Below are positions 30,698 through 31,433 of a stretch of DNA of 31,433 nucleotides, in pieces. Positions within the stretch are counted from its first letter, which is position 1, and every line of letters begins with the position of its first letter. A program made the position numbers and the translations under genes. Origin of the DNA: Salpingoeca rosetta (taxonomy: Eukaryota > Protista > Choanoflagellata); assembly GCA_033442325.1 (NCBI GenBank), contig JAWQFM010000006.1, positions 1,874,515 to 1,905,947 of the forward strand, read 5' to 3'. Below the pieces are notes generated by a model, which saw only the letters and a list, made by a program, of their open reading frames with translations, was not told the DNA's origin and did no database searches.

Positions 30698-30909
30698 GAG
30701 AGTGTGTGCGTGTGCATGTGCGTGTTGTTGTGTGTATTGCCGTGTGTGTGTATGACAGGTAGCTTTGCGTTGCGTGGTCACATGTGCCCGCTTTCAGCTG
30801 CTTCCGAGACGTGTACATACGATGTTCATTGCTTTTGTACGAAGCAAAGTGGCAGACAGGCGCCATGTACGGGTGATGTGTGAAGCTTGGATTTGTAACA
30901 AGTACAAAG

Positions 30910-31225
30910 CTACTGTGAGTGCGGCTTCGAAGAGGAAGAGGACGATGACGACGAGGACGATGATGATGGCGGCTGTTGCTTCGGTTGTGCTGTTGGGGGT
31001 CTGTTGTTGCAAAACATGGAGAAGCGTGGAGAATGTGAGCTGCACATGCATGTGAGGTCTGTGCGTGCGGCACGTGTGACACACACGCACACGCAAACGC
31101 AAACAAACACACACACACATACTTGATCTTGTGTGATTGTGAAGCTGCTGTGTTTGCGCCTTCTGAGAACGCCTGACGCGCTGCGCGAAGCGTTTCTGCA
31201 ACCTTTGGCAGAACACGCTTGGGGC
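30910..31225 (-). CDS. Probable 3'-terminal exons of an unknown gene convergent with the plexin
   Basis: Candidate exon 31225-31123 (acceptor ...CGTCAG, PKRVLPKVAETLRAARQAFSEGANTAASQSHKI, donor GTATGT) joins in phase to 31000-30910 (PPTAQPKQQPPSSSS...KPHSQ*). Upstream exons would lie outside the window. Confidence 0.45.
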
Positions 31226-31319
31226 CTGACGAGCAAAGAGGACCCAGCAGGGGTTGGAAGAGGCATGTGAGGGAGCGGAGTGCATGTGTAAAGGAGGAGA
31301 GGGCAATTGTGGGTGTGTG

Positions 31320-31424
<105 letters not shown>

Positions 31425-31433
31425 TACGTACGT

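Overview
Intron-rich eukaryotic DNA with short GT-AG introns packed with (CA)n/(GT)n microsatellites and five N-gaps. Gene content and style suggest a choanoflagellate, probably Salpingoeca rosetta (inference). Splicing the exons by hand gives seven genes: (1) the 3' part of a CCDC146/MBO2-like flagellar coiled-coil gene (+); (2) mitochondrial methylmalonyl-CoA mutase (-); (3) a TEDC1/C14orf80-like centriolar gene (+), head-to-head with the mutase with about 100 bp between start codons; (4) a MYRF-family transcription factor (-) with a very long polyQ/low-complexity N-terminus, an Ndt80-type DNA-binding domain and a phage-tailspike-like self-cleaving ICA domain, but apparently no transmembrane anchor; (5) a 220-aa orphan protein (+); (6) a near-complete plexin (Sema-like/PSI/IPT/TM/GAP) (+); (7) the probable 3' end of a convergent unknown gene (-). 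The most notable observations are the anchor-less MYRF, a furin-like site and a tyrosine-motif tail on the plexin, a polarised 5'-(GT)n...(CA)n-3' intron layout with pyrimidine-poor acceptors, and an in-frame ~85-aa hole in the mutase that is probably an assembly collapse. Family assignments come from recalled motifs, not from database searches.
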